From an uncultured Gammaproteobacteria bacterium (lineage in GTDB: Bacteria; Pseudomonadota; Gammaproteobacteria; GCA-001735895), in NCBI GenBank assembly GCA_937894085.1, contig CALCSG010000507.1, positions 1 through 58,827 on the forward strand: a stretch of 58,827 nt of DNA, written 5' to 3'. The position numbers were made by a program, and so were the translations under genes. Positions 47,115-54,921 of the stretch are shown here, in pieces; within the stretch, counting starts at the first letter, position 1; every line of letters starts with the position of its first letter. The notes under the pieces were generated by a model. The model did not search any database. It saw nothing but the letters and a program-made list of their open reading frames with translations, and was not told where the DNA came from.

Positions 47115-48071
47115 ATGATTATAAAAAGTACTTTTAAACCGCTGTGGTATTTACGTAACCCCCATCTACAGACCTTACTGGCGAATATACTTCACCCTGT
47201 AAATCCGCAAGTTAGTTACGAGACTGTTACCCTTGATGATGGTGATACACTGGAAATTGCCAGGGGTACGGCCACTGGTACCGACACCACCCTGATCCTG
47301 CACGGACTCGAAGGATCTCTTCGATCCGCCTATGCCCAACGTCTGATAAATGCATTAAACAAACAAAATATGCCAGTTGTCTTCATGTTTTTCAGAGGCT
47401 GCAATGGCAAACCAAACGCCAGCGTTCGCAGTTATCATTCAGGAGAAACCGGTGACCTGAGAACGGTCATCAACCATTTAAAACATACTGGCAGTAAGCG
47501 AATCGCCCTGGTGGGATATTCTTTAGGGGGTAATGTAACTCTCAAATACATGGGTGAACAGCAAACTGACGACTCGATAGTGTGTGCAACCGCCACTTCC
47601 GTACCACTGTTACTGAATGTTTGTGCGACACGAATGAATCAGGGTTTTTCTAAAATTTACCAGCACGACCTGATGCGTCGACTGATTAAAAAAGTAAAGC
47701 AAAAACAAACAATATTAAGCGCAGCAGGATTTTCAGAAAAACCAGAGTCTCTTAAAACCTTTGTTGAGTTTGATGATGCCTATACAGCGCCTTCGCATGG
47801 TTTTAAAAATGCTCAGGATTATTATCAGAAATGTAGCAGCAGACAGTTTCTAAAAGGCATTAATAAGCCAACCTTAATGATTCATAGTACAGATGATCCA
47901 TTTATGACAACTTCCGTTTTACCTGATGGCACCGAAATTTCTGACCAGGTTACTCTGGAACTATCAAGTTTCGGCGGCCATGTCGGTTTCATCGGAGGTA
48001 AACTTTTCAAACCAGAATACTGGCTTGAACCCCGGATTATTCACTTTATACGGCAGCAGTTTGGCTATTAA
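47115..48071 (+). CDS. yheT: YheT-like alpha/beta hydrolase
   Basis: NPHLQT, LHGLEGS, GYSLGG nucleophile, DDPF, GGHVGF. Confidence 0.85.
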   Translation: MIIKSTFKPLWYLRNPHLQTLLANILHPVNPQVSYETVTLDDGDTLEIARGTATGTDTTLILHGLEGSLRSAYAQRLINALNKQNMPVVFMFFRGCNGKPNASVRSYHSGETGDLRTVINHLKHTGSKRIALVGYSLGGNVTLKYMGEQQTDDSIVCATATSVPLLLNVCATRMNQGFSKIYQHDLMRRLIKKVKQKQTILSAAGFSEKPESLKTFVEFDDAYTAPSHGFKNAQDYYQKCSSRQFLKGINKPTLMIHSTDDPFMTTSVLPDGTEISDQVTLELSSFGGHVGFIGGKLFKPEYWLEPRIIHFIRQQFGY

Positions 48072-48133
48072 TAATGAGGGTCAAATAATGAGGGTCAGGT
48101 ACAAGTTAAATGTAAAGTTTTAGGGTCAGATCT
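48070..48133 (+). repeat. Tandem AATAATGAGGGTCA (2 x 14 bp) plus a third AGGGTCAGATCT motif
   Basis: Exact 14-bp tandem at 48070-48083 and 48084-48097; third AGGGTCAG at 48122. The 13-mer AATGAGGGTCAGG recurs on the minus strand at 26013-26025. Confidence 0.55.
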
Positions 48134-48155
48134 AAATTAAATATAGAAAACTAGA

Positions 48156-48557
48156 CTAAATCCAGTTCTCAACCTTTAATTCAGGTACTCTTGTAAAATC
48201 TTAAGTATTAGCAGTAACAACGATTAAATTTAACGACAAAGCCTGTGCTGCTATTAACAGGTCAATTGGGCCGATGGGTCTACCTTTCTTTTTAAGTAAA
48301 TTTCGTATTGCTGCATAATGGCAATCGGCAGGCTCTTCAAAGGGAATGATTTCCATCGCAGATAGTATAACCTCTACACGTTGAGTCAACTTTTCTGATT
48401 CTTTCCTGGTCGCACAAAAGCGCAGTTCGCTCGCGACTATGATGCTAGTGCAAATACTTTCTTCACCCAATTCCCTGATTTTTTTCATGACATCTCCTTG
48501 AGGGTTACGCACTAAATCAGAAATAATGTTGGTATCTAGCAGATATCGCTGACTCAT
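48156..48557 (-). pseudogene. vapC: VapC (PIN) toxin with an in-frame premature TAA at 48201-48203
   Basis: YLLDTNIIS...SIIVASEL...GPIDLLIAAQA...VVTANT*, continuing in the same frame as DFTRVPELKVENWI* (the usual VapC C-terminus). Confidence 0.82.
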
Positions 48558-48796
48558 AACTCAATATCATCTAGCCCTTTAAGATCGGTATCAACATCAG
48601 GAAACTGCACGGTTAATGGCTCCATCTCTGACAGAATAGCCAGTAGGCCAGTTTTACGTATTGGCTCAATAATTAATTTATCACCTTCCTTATGTATTAT
48701 CGCTTTATCTCCTTCCAGTTCAAACTCTCGGGGGATGCGGATTGCCTGATTTCGCCCATTTCGAAATAAACTGACTTGTCTTTCTGAGTGCATCAC
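48554..48796 (-). CDS. vapB: VapB/VagC antitoxin (AbrB/MazE/SpoVT fold)
   Basis: LFRNGRNQAIRIPREFEL, GDKLIIEP; overlaps the vapC start; AGGTGA RBS. Confidence 0.9.
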   Translation of the reverse strand: MMHSERQVSLFRNGRNQAIRIPREFELEGDKAIIHKEGDKLIIEPIRKTGLLAILSEMEPLTVQFPDVDTDLKGLDDIEL

Positions 48797-48813
48797 TACA
48801 TCACCTGTTTTTA

Positions 48814-48835
48814 AGCATAGGCCTAAGCATATGCT
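48814..48835. promoter_or_regulatory. Paired operator palindromes upstream of vapBC
   Basis: AGCATAGGCC (48814-48823) and the perfect palindrome AGCATATGCT (48826-48835), with a 12-bp period, just upstream of the RBS. This is typical of AbrB-type VapB autorepression. Confidence 0.5.
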
Positions 48836-48992
48836 GCGATTTCAAAACAGTTAAGTTAAGACTATTTAAAGATGTGCTCATGTCTGTTTAGTCCATGGCC
48901 TGTCTATTATACAAGACAACAATGAGTGTCAGCACCTGGTCACAAAACAGCAATTAGCGGCCATTCTTTCCTCAATAAAAAAATAGACCAGC

Positions 48993-49694
48993 TCATTCAT
49001 CAAAAACAATATTAACACGTCGGTTATGCTTACCTTTCTTCTCAATTTTTCGGATTTTTACAGCACCAATTTCAGCCGTTGAATTCACATGGGTACCACC
49101 GCAGGGCTGCAAGTCGACACCTGCAAAGTTTATTAGCCGAATTGAACCGTTTCCGCGTGGTGGTTGAACTGACATGGTGCGCACCAGCTCAGGTTGTTCA
49201 TCCAGTTCCTGTTCACTGATCCAGCTCATGGTCATCGCATGATTTTCCTTAATTAATCGATTTAACTCAACATTAATGGCTTCTTTATCCATCGGTTGTT
49301 CTGCATCAAAATCCAGTCTTGCACTGTCTTCCCGAATTGAACCACCGGTAACACCAAAAGGAATAATCGAGCTCAACAGGTGCATGCAGGAATGCATACG
49401 CATCAACCGGTGGCGGCGCTGCCAGTTTATTTCGACGTTAACGCTCTCACCGAGCTGCGGAAGTATCACACCCTCTTCCAGTACATGTTGAATACCGGAC
49501 TCGCCTTTCAGAGTATCGACAATGTTAACGTTAGTCCCATCGGAATAAGTCATCACCCCGCTATCCCCGGGCTGCCCGCCTCCCAGGGGATAAAAAACTG
49601 TTTGATCCAATACAACAGAACCATCCTGGACGTTAGTCACTTTAGCTTCGCAGGACTTTAGATAACTATCTTTTCTAAACAATTCTTCAGTCAT
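48993..49694 (-). CDS. alaX: Trans-editing protein AlaX (AlaXp-M)
   Basis: TVFYPLGGGQPGD, MRMHSCMHLL (HxxxH), QPCGGTHV (CxxxH). Confidence 0.92.
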   Translation of the reverse strand: MTEELFRKDSYLKSCEAKVTNVQDGSVVLDQTVFYPLGGGQPGDSGVMTYSDGTNVNIVDTLKGESGIQHVLEEGVILPQLGESVNVEINWQRRHRLMRMHSCMHLLSSIIPFGVTGGSIREDSARLDFDAEQPMDKEAINVELNRLIKENHAMTMSWISEQELDEQPELVRTMSVQPPRGNGSIRLINFAGVDLQPCGGTHVNSTAEIGAVKIRKIEKKGKHNRRVNIVFDE

Positions 49695-49732
49695 TACAAT
49701 TCTCGATTATTTCTATTCACAATAAAAACTTG

Positions 49733-51139
49733 CTAGGCAAATCCCATCAAACCAGGAAGCCACAGTACAATACCCGGTGCAGCTACCAGCACTGCAATGG
49801 TCAATGCATCAGCCACAAAGAATGGCATAACGCCACGAAACACATCCTGTACCGAGCATTCCGGGCGCACTCCTGCCACCACGAAACAGTTAAGCCCTAT
49901 CGGAGGTGTTATCAGGCAAAATTCCGCCATCTTGACCACGATGATGCCGAACCAGATAGAGCAACCTACATCGGTCACACCAAAGGCTGAATCGGCTACA
50001 CTGACCCCTTCACCACCGTTCAAAGCTATGACAGCTGGATACACCACGGGAAGAGTCAGCAACAACATGCCAATAGCGTCCATAAACATACCGAGCACAG
50101 CATACGCCAGCAGGATAAAAACAAGGGTCATCATTGGACTTTGATCAAGCCCGGAAATCCATTCAGAAAATGCCGACGGTAAATCCGCAAACCCGAGAAA
50201 TCTTACATATAATAAAACGCCCCAGATGATGGTAAAAATCATCACCGTGAGTTTAGCCGTTTCAATTAGAGCACCTTTTAATTCTTTCCAGCGCATACCT
50301 TTATAGAGCGCCATGCATAAAATAACGAACGCCCCTAATGATCCAGCTTCGGTGGGCGTTCCTACGCCGCCGTAAATACACACAACGATGATACCTACCA
50401 CAAAGAATATGGGCAGTGCGCCAGGCAAAGATTCAAATCGCTGCTTCCAGCTAAACCCTCGAACCGGAGGGCCAAAGTTTTTATTGGTCATCGCCAGAAA
50501 AATAACCAGGCCACCGTAAACCAGTGCAGAAAATGCACCCGGTAAAAAACCTGCCATTAATAATGCACCAACATCCTGTTCCACGATAATCGCATATATT
50601 ACCAGAATAGCCGATGGAGGAATTAATGAAGCCAGGGTGCCACTGGCGGCAACCACACCTGCAGCAAACCGTTTGTTATAACCGAGTTTCAGCATTTCGG
50701 GAATAGCGATACGCGCGAACACGGCCGAGGTAGCCACTGAGGCACCGGACACCGCGGCAAAACCTGCCGCTGAAAATACCGTGGCCACACCCATTCCACC
50801 GGGTAACCAGCCTACCCAGCGTTTAGCGGCTTCAAAAAGTGCTCGAGTCAGCCCGGCATGATAGGCCAGAAAGCCGATTAAAATAAAAGTAGGAATCAAT
50901 GACAGCGCCAGTGTAGACACTTTTGAATGTGGAATAGTGCCTGCCATTTTCATGGCCACTAAAAAACCACGTTCAAATCCCATTTTTGCGGAGAATATCC
51001 ATAGCAGACCTAAAAAACCAGCCAGTGCAGCAGCGAAGGCAACCCGAACTCCGATCACCACAAACAACAACATGAATCCGGTCACCCATAAGCCGATAGA
51101 AATTGAATCCATTTGCGCCATCGTTTGAAATAGCGTCAT
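49733..51139 (-). CDS. dctM: TRAP transporter large permease DctM
   Basis: AGFAAVSGASVAT, GTLASLIPPS, GVGTPTEAG, LITPPIGLNCFV. Confidence 0.92.
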   Translation of the reverse strand: MTLFQTMAQMDSISIGLWVTGFMLLFVVIGVRVAFAAALAGFLGLLWIFSAKMGFERGFLVAMKMAGTIPHSKVSTLALSLIPTFILIGFLAYHAGLTRALFEAAKRWVGWLPGGMGVATVFSAAGFAAVSGASVATSAVFARIAIPEMLKLGYNKRFAAGVVAASGTLASLIPPSAILVIYAIIVEQDVGALLMAGFLPGAFSALVYGGLVIFLAMTNKNFGPPVRGFSWKQRFESLPGALPIFFVVGIIVVCIYGGVGTPTEAGSLGAFVILCMALYKGMRWKELKGALIETAKLTVMIFTIIWGVLLYVRFLGFADLPSAFSEWISGLDQSPMMTLVFILLAYAVLGMFMDAIGMLLLTLPVVYPAVIALNGGEGVSVADSAFGVTDVGCSIWFGIIVVKMAEFCLITPPIGLNCFVVAGVRPECSVQDVFRGVMPFFVADALTIAVLVAAPGIVLWLPGLMGFA

Positions 51140-51777
51140 GACTCATTCCTGCCTGAATTTGAGTCAACAGCACCACCAATCAAGGACTCGGCTTCTGCGG
51201 CGGCGACATCAGCGGCAGATTCTATTAAGGGCACCGCTACAGGACGATCTCCCCCTCGTTTTATTGCGCGAGCATAACCCCAGACCTGTAACAGTAAACG
51301 TAATGCCAATATTGTTAAAGCAACTGGCACGACCAGTTTTGCCGGCCAGGTAGGCAAGTTAATATCCAGAGAAGAGTCGCCTATTTGATAGGCCCGTAAA
51401 AAATGTAAAAAAGAACCAGCAATTAAGATCAAAGTAATAAACAACATTAGCAGAGTTGATATTAACTCTGTCACCCAGAGAGGGCGTCCATGAATATGCC
51501 CGACTAGCATATCCATTCGAATATGCCCGCCTTCACGTTGCGTGAAGGCTATGCCCAGGAAGGCAAAAAATGCCATGGACTGCTCAACCCAGTCAATGTA
51601 ACCCGATATCGGCAAAGAAAATATCCAGCGTCCTAGCACATTAGCCGTAGCCATAAATACAAGCAAAAAGATTACTATGCCACCTATTAAAGTAAGCACT
51701 GATTCTACTTTATGAAATAATTGATCAGCCCGGCTTAATGCGGAATCATCTTCCAGTATTGTGTGTGAACCAGCCAT
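51136..51777 (-). CDS. dctQ: TRAP transporter small permease DctQ
   Basis: Four TM; NVLGRW, GGHIRMDML, PTWPAK. Confidence 0.9.
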   Translation of the reverse strand: MAGSHTILEDDSALSRADQLFHKVESVLTLIGGIVIFLLVFMATANVLGRWIFSLPISGYIDWVEQSMAFFAFLGIAFTQREGGHIRMDMLVGHIHGRPLWVTELISTLLMLFITLILIAGSFLHFLRAYQIGDSSLDINLPTWPAKLVVPVALTILALRLLLQVWGYARAIKRGGDRPVAVPLIESAADVAAAEAESLIGGAVDSNSGRNES

Positions 51778-51805
51778 TACAAAAACTTACTTGCGAGTAG
51801 CAGCA

Positions 51806-51874
51806 GTAGGGTGTGCCAGGAGCACCATTCAATTTTATTATCAACTTGCCTGTGGTGCGCATGGCGCACCCTAC
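51806..51874. repeat. Inverted pair of GTAG-tagged REP palindromes (REPIN-like)
   Basis: Plus strand GTAG-GGTGTGCCAGGAGCACC (51806-51826); minus strand GTAG-GGTGCGCCATGCGCACC (51874-51854); 27-bp spacer. Confidence 0.7.
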
Positions 51875-51882
51875 CGGCCACT

Positions 51883-52887
51883 TTATTTATTAAAAAGTTC
51901 GGAAGTGAAATCAAATAAAGCTTTGGAGTCAAATTGCCCTGCATATTTTTTAACCCAGTCCTCACGTACTGAAGCAGCCAGATTATTCAGCTCAGTCGTT
52001 TGAGAGGCTGAAAATGTAACTCGTTGTAGACCAGCATCTGTAACTGCCTGCTCATATTTTCCAGTCGTATTGTTATTATAGTTATCGACATAAAAACTAA
52101 TTGCTTCATCAACCGAACCCAGCAGGGCCTGTTTATTTTTTGCACTGAGAGAATTCAGCGCATCCGTATTCACCACTACAGGACAATTAGCCGAACCTAG
52201 ATTCAGGTTGGTAGAAGCCCACTTGCCCACTTTGTAAGTTTTAGTTGCTAAATGCGCATGAGGTGCAAAAGTAGCGGCATCGATAACACCGGAATCCATA
52301 GATTGACGAACTTCAGAGAAAGGAACGCCTGTTTTAACGGCTCCTAATTTTCCTAACACACCCATGATACCACCCGGTCCACGTACTCTCACTCCTTTGA
52401 AATCAGCTAATGACTCGATGGGATCAGTTTTACTGATGATATTGTATTGAGGCATCGGGGTAGACATCAAAATAGTCGCATTCCAGCGAGCCAGATCTTT
52501 AACTACAACCGGATGTTGATGTACTTTATTATAAATTTCTGCAACACGAGCCAGTGAAACCTCTTTGCCGAAGGGTAATTCGGTGACCGTGATCGATGGA
52601 TTTTTATCATTATGGTAAAACGAGCAAAATTGTGCCATTTCGAAAGCTCCGAAAGAGATCCCATCCAGGTTTTCTTTAGCCTTGGATAATCCACCGTAGG
52701 AAATTTTTAACTTAAAATCGCCATTTGTTTTTTGATCCACCAGTTCAGCCAGTTTCTCTACATTTTCTGTAAAAGCACGGCGCTTACCCCAAAGTGATAC
52801 ATTCCATTCTGTCGCTGCCTGGGCTTCAGCAGCCAGAAATCCAATACTAATTGCTGATATTAAAATGTGTTTTTGGTACTTTTTCAT
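51883..52887 (-). CDS. dctP: TRAP solute-binding protein DctP
   Basis: Signal peptide; GVRVRGPGG with the conserved carboxylate-binding Arg; V.FSEV.Q.M.SGVID. Confidence 0.88.
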   Translation of the reverse strand: MKKYQKHILISAISIGFLAAEAQAATEWNVSLWGKRRAFTENVEKLAELVDQKTNGDFKLKISYGGLSKAKENLDGISFGAFEMAQFCSFYHNDKNPSITVTELPFGKEVSLARVAEIYNKVHQHPVVVKDLARWNATILMSTPMPQYNIISKTDPIESLADFKGVRVRGPGGIMGVLGKLGAVKTGVPFSEVRQSMDSGVIDAATFAPHAHLATKTYKVGKWASTNLNLGSANCPVVVNTDALNSLSAKNKQALLGSVDEAISFYVDNYNNNTTGKYEQAVTDAGLQRVTFSASQTTELNNLAASVREDWVKKYAGQFDSKALFDFTSELFNK

Positions 52888-53274
52888 AGTTTCTCCGGTA
52901 ATATCATTGTCATTTATAACTAAATCATCAACTCTATAAACAAAAGGGATTGAAGTTTAAAACCCCGGTAAGTTTTTGATTAAAGTAAAGCGATAGCGTT
53001 GTCATCATACGATAGACTTTTTTTACCACAATCCCGACCAGGTTCTTTTCATTGCACACTTGCAGCCAGGTTCACGAGTACGGATTTTATTGTATAGCCA
53101 TTGATACAGCCTTATAAGCGGCCTAATAATACTCTAAAAATTAACGCTCATGTTAACGTAAACTAAAGTTTTGACAAACGGACCCAACAGCTTCAATATA
53201 ATAACCCTACATTTATCATTGTAGTAACTAGTGCAGTCCTATAGTTTGACTGAAATACAGAGTGTGATAAACCC

Positions 53275-54213
53275 ATGTCTGAAGAATTTCCAATCGTAGC
53301 CATCACCGGTGCATCCGGTTCCGGTAGCTCCTCGATCACTAAAGCCTTTGAACATATTTTCTTTCGTGAACGCGTTAGGGCGGCTTACATCCAGGGCAGC
53401 GCATTTCATCGTTATGGCCGCAAGGAAATGAAACAACGGGCCCGCGAAGCACGTGAAGAAGGCTGGGAACTTAGCCATTTCGGACCAGATGCCAATCACC
53501 TGGATAAACTGGAAAGCCTGTTTTATCAATACGCGGCGACCGGCACCGGCATGAACCGGTATTACCTGCACTCAAAAAAAATCGCGACAGACTGGGGACA
53601 GAAAGTGGGTACATTAACGCCGTGGAAAGAGCTGGATGGTGATACCGATTTATTACTATACCGGGGTTTACATGGTGCGGCGATAGACGGCGATATCGAT
53701 ATTTCCAGCTACCCGGATTTACTCATCGGCATGGTACCTAACGTCAACCTGGAATGGATTCGTAAAATAAAACGTGACACATCTTTACGCGGATATTCCC
53801 AAAAAGCAGTCAAGAAAACCATCCTGCGTCGAATGTCAGATTATGTGAATCACATAACCCCGCAATTCTCACGTACTCACATTAATATACAGATGATTGC
53901 GACGGTCGATACTTCAGATCCGTTCAGCGCTAAAGAAGAGCCCACCAAGGACGAATGCTATATTGTGATTAATTTTCAAAACGTTAAAAAACCGGATTAC
54001 CATGAATTGATGAGCTTGCTACCAGGCTCTTTCATGAGTCGCAGGGATACACTGGTCGTTCCCGGCGGCATGATGATTAGTGCCATTGAAGTCGTACTGA
54101 TGCCACTGGTTCATGACCTGGTGCAGAGAAGTCGGGAAATTCGCAATATCACCGATGTGCCAAAATCTCGTGGAGCCGGTTTATTGGGGGCATTGCAACA
54201 ATCCAGTACTTAA
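53275..54213 (+). CDS. Phosphoribulokinase (PrkB/CbbP) homologue with substituted catalytic residues
   Basis: PIVAITGASGSG, SHFGPDAN, GLHG, NLEWI.K..RD...RGY, PQFSRTHIN, VDTSDPF. The conserved EGDxFH reads QGSAFH and the conserved YEGLH reads YRGLH. Confidence 0.88.
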   Translation: MSEEFPIVAITGASGSGSSSITKAFEHIFFRERVRAAYIQGSAFHRYGRKEMKQRAREAREEGWELSHFGPDANHLDKLESLFYQYAATGTGMNRYYLHSKKIATDWGQKVGTLTPWKELDGDTDLLLYRGLHGAAIDGDIDISSYPDLLIGMVPNVNLEWIRKIKRDTSLRGYSQKAVKKTILRRMSDYVNHITPQFSRTHINIQMIATVDTSDPFSAKEEPTKDECYIVINFQNVKKPDYHELMSLLPGSFMSRRDTLVVPGGMMISAIEVVLMPLVHDLVQRSREIRNITDVPKSRGAGLLGALQQSST

Positions 54214-54385
54214 CAGGAATCAATATTGAGTGGCATAAAAGTACCTGATTACACCCGAAACTCAGCCTCTCTCAGATTTTACGAGAGAATAGCCTCTCGC
54301 AAAGCAGCAAAGAGCGCGAAGGAAAACCAGGACTTTTTTTGGTCACATGTCGTTATAAAAAACTCGGCCGCAAGCGCGCCGAGTT

Positions 54386-54829
54386 TTAAAACAAATCCAG
54401 CTGTCTCGACCTGGTTTCTTTCTTCTCGTACTCTGTAAGCTGGCTTCGAACGTAATTTCTAATCACTTCTTCGTTGGCATTTCCTATGGTTTCAACGAAA
54501 TAGCTTTTAGTCCATAACTTTCCACCCCAAAAATATCGTTTCTTAATCTCAGGGTATCGACGAAAAAATTATCTAGCCGAAATACTTTTAATTATCTGCA
54601 TCACATCACTCGGAGACATCTTTGGGATTCCACGTACTACCATATGAAGGTGATCTTCAGGTATTTCTAATTCGACTATATCAATATTATAGTCATATCC
54701 TATTTTTTCAATGATTCCTTTGAGTGATTCTCGATAAGGTTCATGAAATACCTTATGCCTATATTTTGGTATCCAAACAAAGTGGTGCATCAATCTATAT
54801 ACATGATGCGTATTCTTTTGTAACTCCAT
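54386..54829 (-). pseudogene. tnpA: IS200 transposase TnpA with an in-frame TAA at 54569-54571
   Basis: MELQKNTHHVYRLMHHFVWIPKYR...EDHLH...KSISAR*, continuing in frame as FFRRYPEIKKRYFWGGKLWTKSYFVETIGNANEEVIRNYVRSQ...QLDLF*. The stop lies before the catalytic Tyr. Confidence 0.85.
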
Positions 54830-54830
54830 A

Positions 54831-54880
54831 AGCTGGATAGCTGACAATGGGAAAAACATCCCATTGTCAGCTATCCAGCT
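54831..54880. promoter_or_regulatory. Perfect 22-bp hairpin abutting the tnpA start codon
   Basis: AGCTGGATAGCTGACAATGGGA-AAAACA-TCCCATTGTCAGCTATCCAGCT, ending 1 nt before the ATG at 54829. Confidence 0.7.
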
Positions 54881-54921
54881 CGGGGGCAAACCACCCGAGA
54901 TTTACGCTATTCGGTTAAAGA

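Larger units (their letters stand above)
54359..54899 (-). mobile_element. IS200/IS605-family element (tnpA only), inactivated
   Basis: Right-end hairpin AAAACTCGGC-CGCAAGCGC-GCCGAGTTTT (54359-54387); left-end hairpin CTCGGG-GGCAAACCA-CCCGAG (54879-54899); HUH/Y1 tnpA between them. The exact cleavage sites were not defined. Confidence 0.8.

Noticed and set aside
53171-53202. TTGACA...TATAAT sigma70 promoter upstream of the PRK homologue
   Set aside because: The spacer is 20 bp, outside the usual 16-18 bp.
53239-53571. 110-aa antisense ORF, representative of the many short nested or antisense ORFs in the track
   Set aside because: Overlaps a well-supported gene on the opposite strand and has no recognisable motif; treated as a shadow ORF.
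54298-54322. CGCAAAGCAGCAAAGAGCGCGAAGG, reminiscent of the CACGAAG-unit repeat at 39556
   Set aside because: Short and degenerate, with no inverted partner found; at most a half-element relic.
54226-54438. 70-aa ORF directly after the PRK homologue
   Set aside because: Non-ATG start; runs antisense through the IS200 right end and the tnpA tail; no protein-like motif.
48201-54571. TAA recoding or readthrough to explain the in-frame TAA in both vapC and tnpA
   Set aside because: TAA is a normal terminator for many core genes here (e.g. mltD, rnhA, oppA). Both interrupted genes are selfish elements where nonsense mutations are expected.
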